Of a stretch of 64,000 nucleotides of DNA, positions 46,858 through 56,023 are shown piece after piece. Source of the DNA: Candidatus Poriferihabitaceae bacterium (lineage in GTDB: Bacteria; Pseudomonadota; Gammaproteobacteria; Arenicellales; Poriferihabitantaceae); contig CBDFMY010000003.1 in the NCBI GenBank assembly GCA_965249835.1, forward strand, positions 929,979 to 993,978. Direction: 5' to 3'. The position numbers and the translations under genes were made by a program. The notes below the pieces were generated by a model. That model was not told the DNA's origin. It saw nothing but the letters and a program-made list of their open reading frames with translations, and ran no database searches. The number at the start of each line of letters is the position of its first letter. Position 1 is the first letter of the stretch.

Positions 46858-47271
46858 GTGGAGCATATCTCCTACAAAAAAGGATATAAATATCAACTGA
46901 GCGCGAATTATTCGACCGAGATTAACATCCAGCCTGACCGGCTTATTGACAGCGACTATATTTCATTGACGACGCGCGGCCGCATTACCATTAAGGACGG
47001 ATACGCATGGGATGGTCCGTCGGGACCGCTCATAGACACTTTGAATTTTATGCGCGGCTCGTTGCTGCACGATGCATTGTATCAATTAATGCGAGAGGGC
47101 GCGTTGGATAAGGATAACCATCGAAAGGATGCGGATAAGTTGTTGCGAAAAATTTGCAAGGAGGATGGAATGAGCGCATTGCGAGCCTGGATGGTGTATA
47201 CGAGTGTTCGTTATTTTGGTGAGACGTCTGCGGATCCGGCGAATAAAAAACGAGACTTTCACGCGCCATAA
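46858..47271 (+). CDS. DUF1353 domain protein
   Basis: 137 aa, GTG start with GGAG upstream. IKDGYAWDGPSGP...GSLLHDALYQL matches the DUF1353 pattern. Confidence 0.65.
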   Translation: MEHISYKKGYKYQLSANYSTEINIQPDRLIDSDYISLTTRGRITIKDGYAWDGPSGPLIDTLNFMRGSLLHDALYQLMREGALDKDNHRKDADKLLRKICKEDGMSALRAWMVYTSVRYFGETSADPANKKRDFHAP

Positions 47272-47313
47272 TGCCAATCTTGCATCGCACCAAACATCGC
47301 CACTGAATGAAAA

Positions 47314-48624
47314 ATGAGAACGCCTCGACTGCTTAACGATCTGTTTTCGCGCATCGCCGAAGTCGGAAACTCCCTTGTCTCCTCCGTATCCGAGGAAAGC
47401 CTCGGCGACCTGTGCGCGGCTTTGTTATCCGGACGCGGCGAGGCTACGGGCCTTGCGTTGGCCGGGGAAATTTTCGCACGCTACGCCAAACTAAACACGG
47501 CGGACAAGCGCGTGTTCTTTGTCGAAGCGGCGCAACGTTTCGGTGTGGATGAAAATGCGTTGGAGGAAGCACTCGCGGCTTGGCGGGAAACAGACGGCGC
47601 CGGCAAGGATGAGATTGACCGACGCATGATTCACTTCGCCAGCGAGCCGCGCAGTCAGGAATTAATTCGGCGTTTGAATCGCGTTCCCGGCGGCACGCAG
47701 GCGTTGGTGGCAATGCGCACCGACTTGTTGGCGGCGGCGGAAGAGGACGCCGGCTTAAAACAACTGGACATGGATTTTCAGCACTTGCTGGCTTCGTGGT
47801 TCAATCGCGGTTTTCTCGAATTACGCCGCATTGACTGGTCGAGTTCCGCGGAGATTCTGGAAAAGATTATCGCTTACGAAGCGGTGCACGCCATTGACGG
47901 CTGGGACGACCTGCGTCTGCGAGTCGCAGCTCCCGACCGTCGGCTTTATGCGTTTTTTCATCCGGCGCTGGTCGATGAGCCGTTAATTTTTGTCGAAGTC
48001 GCGTTGACCAACGAAGTTCCCAAAGCGATTAATCCAATCCTCGCCGCCGAGCGCACAAGGCTGGACCCGAACACCGCCACCGTTGCGGTGTTTTATTCCA
48101 TCTCCAACTGTCAGGCCGGGTTGCGTGGCGTTTCGTTCGGTAACTTTCTCATCAAACAGGTGAGCGAGGAATTGCAGGGCGAATTCAAGACGCTTAAAAC
48201 TTTCGTCACGTTGTCGCCGATGCCGGGTTTGCGGCGTTGGGCGAGTGCTGAATGTGCGCGTGGCGATGCAAGCGTGCTAAGCAAAAAGCAACAAGATTTA
48301 TTGTCGGCGATGAATTGCGATGACGATAACACCGACATTGACGACGATGTTTTGTTGGAAGTGACCGCACATTATTTGCTGAAAGCAAAAACCAACGGCG
48401 CACCGTTCGATCGAGTGGCGCGTTTTCATCTCGGTAACGGCGCAAGGTTGGAATGGATCAACATCGATGCCGACCGCAGTGCGCGCGGCATCGGTAATTC
48501 CTGGGGCGTGATGGTTAACTATCTATACGACCTCGCTGCCATCGAACGAAATCACGAGTCATTCGCCAACCACGGCAAGATTATTTGTTCGTCCGGCGTG
48601 AAAAGGTTGCTGAAAAAAAAGTGA
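47314..48624 (+). CDS. malonyl-CoA decarboxylase
   Basis: 436 aa. The ...FFHPALVDEPLIFVEVAL...FYSISNCQAGLRGVSFGNFLIKQV... pattern is that of the MCD family. Confidence 0.85.
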   Translation: MRTPRLLNDLFSRIAEVGNSLVSSVSEESLGDLCAALLSGRGEATGLALAGEIFARYAKLNTADKRVFFVEAAQRFGVDENALEEALAAWRETDGAGKDEIDRRMIHFASEPRSQELIRRLNRVPGGTQALVAMRTDLLAAAEEDAGLKQLDMDFQHLLASWFNRGFLELRRIDWSSSAEILEKIIAYEAVHAIDGWDDLRLRVAAPDRRLYAFFHPALVDEPLIFVEVALTNEVPKAINPILAAERTRLDPNTATVAVFYSISNCQAGLRGVSFGNFLIKQVSEELQGEFKTLKTFVTLSPMPGLRRWASAECARGDASVLSKKQQDLLSAMNCDDDNTDIDDDVLLEVTAHYLLKAKTNGAPFDRVARFHLGNGARLEWINIDADRSARGIGNSWGVMVNYLYDLAAIERNHESFANHGKIICSSGVKRLLKKK

Positions 48625-50168
48625 TGGACAAGCCCGGCACACCGAGCACTTGTCTCGACAATCATCTTGCCGCGCATTTGCGCGGCGCTTCGGTTGGGCG
48701 CGAGCAGACACGCTTTGCCGAAATGCCGGATGGGCGGATGATTTCCTGCGGCGAGTTGTTCGCGACGGCCGAGCGCATGGCCGCGGTGCTCGCGACATCT
48801 GGCATATCACGCGGAGACCGCGTTGCGGTGCAGGTCGAAAAATCGCCGGAGGCGGTGCAACTTTATCTCGGCACGGTGCTGGCGGGCGGCGTTTTCTTGC
48901 CTTTCAATCCGGCTTACACGGCGGTGGAGATGGCGTATTTCCTGGGCGATGCTACACCGTCGGTATTCGTTTGCGACCCGTGCAAAGTGCAAGCCCTGAG
49001 CGCGATTGCCGAACAGGCCGGAGTCGGCGCACAATTTTCACTCGCCGCCGATGGTTCGGGTACGCTGATGGATGCGGCCGCCGAACAGTCCGGCGGATTT
49101 GATGTGGTGGCGTGTGGCGAAGACGATCTTGCGGCAATTTTATACACATCGGGCACCACCGGCCGCGCCAAGGGCGCGATGCTAAGCCACGGCAACCTCG
49201 TCGCCAATGCGCGCACACTCACCGACTACTGGCGTTTTTCCGATTCCGATGTGTTGATTCACGCGTTGCCGATCTTTCACACCCACGGCCTTTTCGTGGC
49301 GATTCATGTCGCGCTGATGGCACGCTCGTCGTTGATTTTTTTACCCGAGTTTGATGCCGATGCAATCATCGCGGCGATGTCGCGCGCCACAACTTTAATG
49401 GGCGTGCCGACTTTTTATGTTCGCTTGCTCGACCATCCAACATTAAATCGCGCCGTAACCGCCGGTATGCGCTTGTTCGTGTCGGGCTCGGCGCCGTTGC
49501 CGGCGGAAATACACGAACGATGGCGCGAGAAAACCGCTCACGCCATCCTCGAACGCTACGGCTTGACCGAAACTGGAATGAATCTCTCCAACCCATATCA
49601 CGGTGAACGGCGCGCCGGCCGGGTTGGGTTCCCGCTACCGGGGGTGGAGATGCGAATCACCGACCCGGGCACGGGCGTGGAATTGCCGCACGGCGAAGTC
49701 GGTGTTATCGAAGTGCGCGGGGCGAATGTGTTTCGGGGTTACTGGCGCATGCCGGAAAAAACCCGCGAGGAATTGCGCGACGATGGATTTTTTATCACCG
49801 GTGATTTGGCAATGGTGGATGATCTCGGCTATGTGTCCATCGTTGGTCGCGCCGGAGATTTGATTATTTCGGGCGGCTACAACATTTACCCAAAGGAAAT
49901 TGAAAACCAAATTGGCACTATCCCTGGCGTTAAAGAATCCGCGGTGTTCGGGCTTCCGCATCCGGATTTCGGCGAATGGGTTGCGGCGGTGGTGGTGGGT
50001 GATTCCGAGGCGAGGCTGACAGAAGACGATGTGCTTGTTCATCTCAAACACAAACTGGCGAGATTTAAACAACCGAAGCGAATTTTTTTCACCGAAGAAC
50101 TTCCGCGCAACGCAATGGGCAAAATTCAAAAAAATAGTCTGCGCGAAAAATACGGCAGCGCGGTATAA
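48624..50168 (+). CDS. malonyl-CoA synthetase-like AMP-dependent ligase
   Basis: Start at ATG 48624, overlapping the MCD TGA by 1 nt (track ORF starts 48585). Motifs ILYTSGTTGRAKGAMLSH, YGLTETG and GDLAMVDDLGYVSIVGR. Confidence 0.8.
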   Translation: MDKPGTPSTCLDNHLAAHLRGASVGREQTRFAEMPDGRMISCGELFATAERMAAVLATSGISRGDRVAVQVEKSPEAVQLYLGTVLAGGVFLPFNPAYTAVEMAYFLGDATPSVFVCDPCKVQALSAIAEQAGVGAQFSLAADGSGTLMDAAAEQSGGFDVVACGEDDLAAILYTSGTTGRAKGAMLSHGNLVANARTLTDYWRFSDSDVLIHALPIFHTHGLFVAIHVALMARSSLIFLPEFDADAIIAAMSRATTLMGVPTFYVRLLDHPTLNRAVTAGMRLFVSGSAPLPAEIHERWREKTAHAILERYGLTETGMNLSNPYHGERRAGRVGFPLPGVEMRITDPGTGVELPHGEVGVIEVRGANVFRGYWRMPEKTREELRDDGFFITGDLAMVDDLGYVSIVGRAGDLIISGGYNIYPKEIENQIGTIPGVKESAVFGLPHPDFGEWVAAVVVGDSEARLTEDDVLVHLKHKLARFKQPKRIFFTEELPRNAMGKIQKNSLREKYGSAV

Positions 50169-50207
50169 GTTTCGGTAACCGCCGCCGCGCAAAAGTTGTG
50201 CGCAACT

Positions 50208-51848
50208 TTACTCCGATACAATCGAATGTTGATCGAGACGCAGTAGCACCGGCTCGTTTTGTTCGAGGGCATGCGCGAACGCATTTTCAAGTTCGCCGCC
50301 CAGAGTGGACAGCGATTCCACCACTTGTGCGCGCCACCCGCAAGCACGCGCCAGCGCGATGAAATCCGGGTTTTGCTGGCGCACGCCGAGCGGTTGGATT
50401 CCGGCGGCGTCCATGTCATCGCGTATTTGTTGCAACGCATCGTTGTTCCACAGCAGGACGACCAGATTTAATTTCAATTCCGCCGCCAGCGTCATCTCCT
50501 GCATGGTGTATTGCAAACCGGCATCGCCAACCATCACCAACGCAGACGCGTGCGGTCGGGTGAGCAACGCGCCGATGGCCGCCGGCAACGCGTAGCCGAG
50601 CGTGCCGTAGCCGCATGGATGCAGCCACAAATTCGGTTTGGCAAGCGGCACAAAGTCGATCGCGGTATACGCCAGTTGCGTCATGTCGCTGGCGATGATG
50701 GTGTCCGGCGGCAAGTGCGCGAGGATTTTGTTGATGACTTTGAGATGTGTTTTTTCCATGCGCGTGTATTCTTTTTTCACCGAAGCACGCACGTGGTTGC
50801 AACGTTTGCGTGCCGCCGAAAGTTTTGATTCGGACAACGGCGGAAGCGATTCGCTAATGCGCTGCGCCGCATCGCCGGCTTCGCCATGAATGGTGATGAT
50901 CGTGCTGTGGGTTTTTTGCTTGGTGATTCGTTTCAGCAACGCACCGTCAAGGTTGATCCAAATTTGTTGTTGCGGAAGAATTAAATTGTCATTCCAATGA
51001 TCCGGCTCGGCGAGTTCAGTGCCGATAAAAACCCCGAGGTCGGAATCGGCGAGCAGTTTTTGTATGCCGGACGAACGCAGTTGCGCGCCGGCGCACAGCG
51101 GATGATCATCGGGAATAATTCCGCGACCGGCGACGGTGGTTAACAACGGACACGGAATTTCCTGTGCCAACCGCAAAATATTTTCCGCGCAACCGCTTGC
51201 ACCGCCACCGGCGACGATGACCGGCTTTTGCGCAAGTTGCAATGCCAGCGCGGTTTCATGAAGTTGGTCGCGTTCGCCAAGTTGCGGCAACGGCGGCGAT
51301 TGCGCACGCCATTTTTTCGCGACCGACATCGGCAGGATGGAAAGCGGGATGCTGATATGCACCGGTGCCGGCCTTTCGCTCGCAAACAAGGCAAACGCCC
51401 GCGCCAGCAGTTGCGGTATTTCATCGGGCTTCCCGACCGTGGCGCTGAACGCGGTGAGGGGCGCGGTTACCGCCGACTGGTTGGTGATTTCGTGCAGCCT
51501 GCCGCGATTGTGGTTATCCGGATCCGGCTCATTCACCGGCGAGATCACCAGCATCGGCACCGCGTCCATATACGCTTCGCCGAGCGGCGTGGCGATGTTG
51601 GTTACGCCGGGCCCGGTGATGACAAAACACACGCCGGGTTTGCCGCTGATGCGTGCGTAGCCGTCCGCCATGAAGCCGCCGCCCTGTTCGTGGCGAGGCG
51701 AGATGTGCCGGAGGTTGCCCGCACCGAGCCCGCGGTAGAGTTCAATGCTGTGGGTGCCGGGGATGCCGAACACCAACTCCACGCCGTAGTCGGCGAGCAA
51801 TTCCACCAGAGCTTCGCCCACTGTCGGTTTGCGGGTTTTTTGGTTCAT
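50208..51848 (-). CDS. thiamine-pyrophosphate enzyme (AruI / 5-guanidino-2-oxopentanoate decarboxylase-like)
   Basis: 546 aa, TVGEALVELLADYGVELVFGIPGTHSIELYRGL N-terminus, TPP motif GDAGLQYTMQE...NN. Confidence 0.75.
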   Translation of the reverse strand: MNQKTRKPTVGEALVELLADYGVELVFGIPGTHSIELYRGLGAGNLRHISPRHEQGGGFMADGYARISGKPGVCFVITGPGVTNIATPLGEAYMDAVPMLVISPVNEPDPDNHNRGRLHEITNQSAVTAPLTAFSATVGKPDEIPQLLARAFALFASERPAPVHISIPLSILPMSVAKKWRAQSPPLPQLGERDQLHETALALQLAQKPVIVAGGGASGCAENILRLAQEIPCPLLTTVAGRGIIPDDHPLCAGAQLRSSGIQKLLADSDLGVFIGTELAEPDHWNDNLILPQQQIWINLDGALLKRITKQKTHSTIITIHGEAGDAAQRISESLPPLSESKLSAARKRCNHVRASVKKEYTRMEKTHLKVINKILAHLPPDTIIASDMTQLAYTAIDFVPLAKPNLWLHPCGYGTLGYALPAAIGALLTRPHASALVMVGDAGLQYTMQEMTLAAELKLNLVVLLWNNDALQQIRDDMDAAGIQPLGVRQQNPDFIALARACGWRAQVVESLSTLGGELENAFAHALEQNEPVLLRLDQHSIVSE

Positions 51849-52017
51849 AGTTTTGAGTGTCGCTCGAACGGCACTGATTGGGACGGTATCATATCCCGGA
51901 CGGATTCATTCATTCAAGAAAAGGGTAAGATAGGCAGACGCAAATGTTGTCATTCTAATACCTCCGGAAAAAGATATAATGTCTGCAATCCCTTCCCCCA
52001 TCGCGTCCAACATTCAG

Positions 52018-52053
52018 CACGCCGGGCAACACGCCGGGCAACACGCCGGAACA
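52018..52053 (+). repeat. 12-bp tandem repeat (2 perfect + 1 imperfect unit) upstream of the aminotransferase start
   Basis: CACGCCGGGCAA CACGCCGGGCAA CACGCCGGAACA. Confidence 0.8.
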
Positions 52054-52059
52054 GCCATA

Positions 52060-53238
52060 ATGAAATTTTCCAGACTGACCGAACGAATCGCCGGCGAGAG
52101 CGTGGATGTCTGGGATGTGCACTACGATGGTATGGCGCGTTTGGAAGCCGGCGAAGACATTATTATGCTCAGCGTCGGTCAGGAAACCGAGGAGTTTACC
52201 CCGGCAAACATCGTTGACGCCGCGGTTGAAAGTCTGCGTGCCGGTCGTCATCACTACACTTCGGTCAACGGCAATCTCGATCTTCGACGGGCGGTGGCGC
52301 GTCGCCACTTTGAACTGACCGGCCGCACCATCGGCGACTTTAATTGTGCGATTTTCGCCGGCGCGCAAAACGCCTTGTTCGCGGTGGCGCAATGTCTGTT
52401 GGAAAAAGGCGATGAAGTGATTTTGTCGGAGCCGTATTACACCACTTATCCGGCCACCTTCGGCGCATCGGGGGCGACGCTGGTGAGTGTTCCGGTGAAA
52501 TTCGAGAACGGATTTGAAATCGACCCCGACGACATCATCAAAGCCATCACCCCGCGCACTCGCGCCATCGTGCTGAACTCCCCCAACAACCCGGTGGGCG
52601 CGGTTTATAGCCTGGAGCAATACGCCCCGATTGTGCGTGCCTGCGTGGAAAAGGAAATCTGGTTAATCAACGATGATGTTTATCTGGAATTGCTTGGCGA
52701 TTCCGAACGCGCCAACCCGCTCAGCCTGCCGGACGCCGAACGGGTGTGCATCACCGTATCCAGCGTCTCCAAATCCCATCGCATGACCGGCTGGCGGCTC
52801 GGCTGGGTAATCGGGCCGGATGCACTGATGGAACATTTATACAACCTCGCCATGTGTTTGTCCTATGGACTGCCCTCATTCGTGCAGGATGCGGCGCTGG
52901 TGGCGATCAATTCGGGAACCGCCACGGCGGCCGATGTGCGCAGCAAACTCGACCGGCGGCGGCAAATTTTATTGCGCGAACTGGACGGCATCCACGGGCT
53001 CAAACTATTCAGCGCCGAAGGCGGAATGTTCGTTGTGTTCGACATCAGCGCGATGCCAATCTCGGCACGGCAATTCGCGCGCGAGTTGCTGGAGCGGCAC
53101 AATGTCACCATTCTTCCCTGCGATGGATTTGGCACTTCGCCGGCCTGCGCCGATTTGTTGCGGGTCAGTTTATGCGTTGATGATGAACGCCTGGTGGAGG
53201 CTTGCGAGCGCATCATTAGATATGTAAATTCGCTTTAA
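52060..53238 (+). CDS. class I/II pyridoxal-phosphate aminotransferase (AruH / arginine-pyruvate transaminase-like)
   Basis: Start at ATG 52060 (MKFSRLTERIAGESVDVWDVHY) is preferred over track ATG 51979. SVSKSHRMTGWRLGW is the PLP-lysine context. Confidence 0.8.
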   Translation: MKFSRLTERIAGESVDVWDVHYDGMARLEAGEDIIMLSVGQETEEFTPANIVDAAVESLRAGRHHYTSVNGNLDLRRAVARRHFELTGRTIGDFNCAIFAGAQNALFAVAQCLLEKGDEVILSEPYYTTYPATFGASGATLVSVPVKFENGFEIDPDDIIKAITPRTRAIVLNSPNNPVGAVYSLEQYAPIVRACVEKEIWLINDDVYLELLGDSERANPLSLPDAERVCITVSSVSKSHRMTGWRLGWVIGPDALMEHLYNLAMCLSYGLPSFVQDAALVAINSGTATAADVRSKLDRRRQILLRELDGIHGLKLFSAEGGMFVVFDISAMPISARQFARELLERHNVTILPCDGFGTSPACADLLRVSLCVDDERLVEACERIIRYVNSL

Positions 53239-53249
53239 TTATTTGTTTC

Positions 53250-55679
53250 GTGGAATCAACAATGAAAAGTCACGCGCAAGTCGTGGTCATCGGCGGTGGT
53301 CTGGTGGGTTGTAGCATTCTCTATCACCTCGCCAAACTCGGTTGGAGCGATGTGGTGCTGCTGGAGCGAGACGAATTGACTTCGGGTTCAACCTGGCACG
53401 CTGCGGCGGGAACGCACGGATTGCACGACACCAACAACATCTCGCGGTTGCAGTATTACACCATGAAGTTATACGGCGAACTCGAAAGTGAAACCGGACA
53501 GTCCTGCGGAATTCATCAGCCCGGCAGCATTTACCTCGCTTGCAACAAAGACCGCGTGCATCAGTTACGCATACAAGCGGCCAAGGCGAGCGCGTTTGAC
53601 GCGGAGTTTTATGAAATCTCACGCACGGAAATTCTCGACCTGCATCCGCTACTTGAAATCGATACTATTCTGTGCGGAATGTTTGAACCCCTGGCTGGGC
53701 ATGTCGACCCGTCCGGCGTGACTCATGCCTACGCCAGCGGTGCGCGCCAGCGCGGTGCCGAGATACATCGCTTTGCTCCGGTGTTGGAGACCAATCCTCG
53801 TGCCGATGGAAGTTGGGATGTGGTTACCGCGAAGGGAACCGTGCACGCCGATTTCGTGGTCAACGCGGCCGGGTTGTGGGCGCGCGAAGTCGCGGCGATG
53901 GCCGGCTTCTCGCTGCCGTTGATGGCAATGGAACATCAATACTTTGTCACCGAGGAAATCCCGGCCATCGCCGAATTGGAACGCGAACTGCCCGGCGTGG
54001 CGGACCGCGACCAGGAATATTACATGCGTCAAGAAGGCAACGGTCTTTTGGTGGGTGCTTACGAAGTGGACGGGCGTTTCTGGAGCGAGCATGGCACGCC
54101 GATGGATTTCGGTCATGACCTGCTACCGCCCGACCTCGACCGCATCGAAGACAATGTTATGCGCGCTTGCGAGCGCGTGCCGGCGTTGGCGGAAGCGGGC
54201 ATCAAACAAATCATCAATGGCCCGATGATCTGGTCGCCGGATTCATCGGCGTTGCTGGGCCCGGTGCCCGGGCTCAAAAACTATTTCGTCTGTTGCGGCA
54301 TCATCCCCGGCTTCAGTCAAAGTGCCGGACTCGGCTTGACCCTGGCGCAATGGCTGATTGACGGCGAGCCGGAACTGGATATGTTCCCGTGGGATGTGTC
54401 GCGATTCGGCGACTGGGCAACCAACGACTTTACCAAGGCGCGCGCGCTGGACACTTACCGTTCACGCTTTCGCATTCACTTTCCCAACGAGGAGCGCGAC
54501 GCCGGACGGCCGATTAAGACGCGACCGGTATACGAAATGCAAGAATCCATGGGCGCGGTGTTCGGGTTGTCCTACGGCTGGGAGCATCCGCTCTGGTTCG
54601 CCACCGACGGCGTGGAAGCGGTGGATGATTTTGGTTTCGAGCGTCCGGCGTGGTTTGAAACGGTTGCCAACGAATGTCGTGCGCTGCGGGAGTCGGTGGG
54701 CGTGGTGGATACTTCCAACTTCGCCAAGTATGAGATCACCGGTGCCGGTGCGATTGATTGGCTCGACCGCATCGCCGCCAATCTTGTGCCACAGGTCGAC
54801 GGTCGCACATGCTTGACGCCGTTGCTAAGTCCGCGCGGTGGATTGGCCGGCGATTTCACCATCGCCCGTTTGTCGTCGGAACGTTTGCTGATGATTGGTT
54901 CGGGCATTGCCGAGGGGTATCACAAACGAATGTTCGAGCAATGCCTGCCAGCCAAAAATGTTTCGTTTCGTTCGGTAAGCGATGCCATGGCCGGCTTCAA
55001 TGTAGCGGGACCGCGCGCGCGGGAGTTGCTGCAACGACTAACCGGTGTGGATTTGGGTAATGAAGAATTGCCCTTCATGGGCAACCGGCTGGCCGACATC
55101 GGCGGCTTTGAAGCGGTGTTGATTCGAGTTTCGTTCACCGGCGATCTTGGTTATGAAATTTATGTCGCCGAACAAAATCAGTTGGCGTTGTATCAGGCGA
55201 TTCTTGCGCAGGGCGCGGATTTGGACATCAAACCGGTGGGCTCGCGCGCGCTGGGTTCGATGCGCATCGAAAAGGGATACGGCAGTTGGAGTCGCGAGTA
55301 TTCGCCGGAGTGGTATCCCCACGAAAGCGGCATGGAGAGATTGGTGAAAACCGACAAGGTAGAATTTTTCGGCAAGGATGCGTGGCTGACGATTAAGGAT
55401 TTGCCGCCGCGACAATTGTTGTGCAACTTCGTCATTGAAACCGCCGACGCCGACGCCTGGGGCGGAGAGACGATTTACCAAAACGGACGCTACGCCGGCC
55501 GGGTAACTTCCGGCGCATTTGGATTTAGTGTCGGGCAATCGGTTGCGCTGGGGTATCTTAACGCCGACCAGATTGAGTATGATGGCGAGTATGAAATTGC
55601 GGTGCTCGGTTTGCCGCACAAGGCGCGGTTGTTGCGTGAGCCGTTGTTTGATCCCAGGGGTGCGCGGTTGAGAGCCTGA
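53250..55679 (+). CDS. FAD-dependent oxidoreductase fused to GcvT-like domain (dimethylglycine/sarcosine dehydrogenase family), second paralogue
   Basis: 809 aa, VVVIGGGLVGCSILYHLAKLGW. Alternative start at ATG 53262. Confidence 0.85.
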   Translation: MESTMKSHAQVVVIGGGLVGCSILYHLAKLGWSDVVLLERDELTSGSTWHAAAGTHGLHDTNNISRLQYYTMKLYGELESETGQSCGIHQPGSIYLACNKDRVHQLRIQAAKASAFDAEFYEISRTEILDLHPLLEIDTILCGMFEPLAGHVDPSGVTHAYASGARQRGAEIHRFAPVLETNPRADGSWDVVTAKGTVHADFVVNAAGLWAREVAAMAGFSLPLMAMEHQYFVTEEIPAIAELERELPGVADRDQEYYMRQEGNGLLVGAYEVDGRFWSEHGTPMDFGHDLLPPDLDRIEDNVMRACERVPALAEAGIKQIINGPMIWSPDSSALLGPVPGLKNYFVCCGIIPGFSQSAGLGLTLAQWLIDGEPELDMFPWDVSRFGDWATNDFTKARALDTYRSRFRIHFPNEERDAGRPIKTRPVYEMQESMGAVFGLSYGWEHPLWFATDGVEAVDDFGFERPAWFETVANECRALRESVGVVDTSNFAKYEITGAGAIDWLDRIAANLVPQVDGRTCLTPLLSPRGGLAGDFTIARLSSERLLMIGSGIAEGYHKRMFEQCLPAKNVSFRSVSDAMAGFNVAGPRARELLQRLTGVDLGNEELPFMGNRLADIGGFEAVLIRVSFTGDLGYEIYVAEQNQLALYQAILAQGADLDIKPVGSRALGSMRIEKGYGSWSREYSPEWYPHESGMERLVKTDKVEFFGKDAWLTIKDLPPRQLLCNFVIETADADAWGGETIYQNGRYAGRVTSGAFGFSVGQSVALGYLNADQIEYDGEYEIAVLGLPHKARLLREPLFDPRGARLRA

Positions 55680-55753
55680 GCGGGGCCGCCTGTCCGGCAC
55701 GGGTTCTGATACAATTCGATGGTTACCATTTTGAACCCTATGAGGAGAACGAT

Positions 55754-56014
55754 ATGAACTTAACCAAGGTGGCCCACCGGGCTGCAACCGATGCTGCCAA
55801 CGCCATCGACGCATCGTTGAGCAAGACCGAGGTGGAGCAGGTTGCCGCCATCATCGCCGGAGCCATGGAGAGTGCCGTGCTGGAAGCCAGCGAGCAACAT
55901 TCCACGGTGTGCCACAGCTGTTTGAGCCACGACCAGGATCTGGCGCATAAAATCCAGAAGGAAATCGAACGCAAGAAAATCGGGTTGATCGCCAACCTGT
56001 CCAGTTTGCGCTAG
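55754..56014 (+). CDS. hypothetical small protein
   Basis: 86-aa ORF with plausible coding composition. No family recognised. Confidence 0.4.
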   Translation: MNLTKVAHRAATDAANAIDASLSKTEVEQVAAIIAGAMESAVLEASEQHSTVCHSCLSHDQDLAHKIQKEIERKKIGLIANLSSLR

Positions 56015-56023
56015 GCAATTTCG

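Noticed and set aside
51228-52217. 329-aa plus-strand ORF overlapping the TPP enzyme gene and the aminotransferase start
   Set aside because: It is antisense to a well-supported gene for most of its length. The sequence is R/H-rich and featureless.
55038-55814. 258-aa minus-strand ORF at the 3' end of the second dehydrogenase gene
   Set aside because: Antisense artefact with no motif. It overlaps the dehydrogenase C-terminal GcvT-like region.
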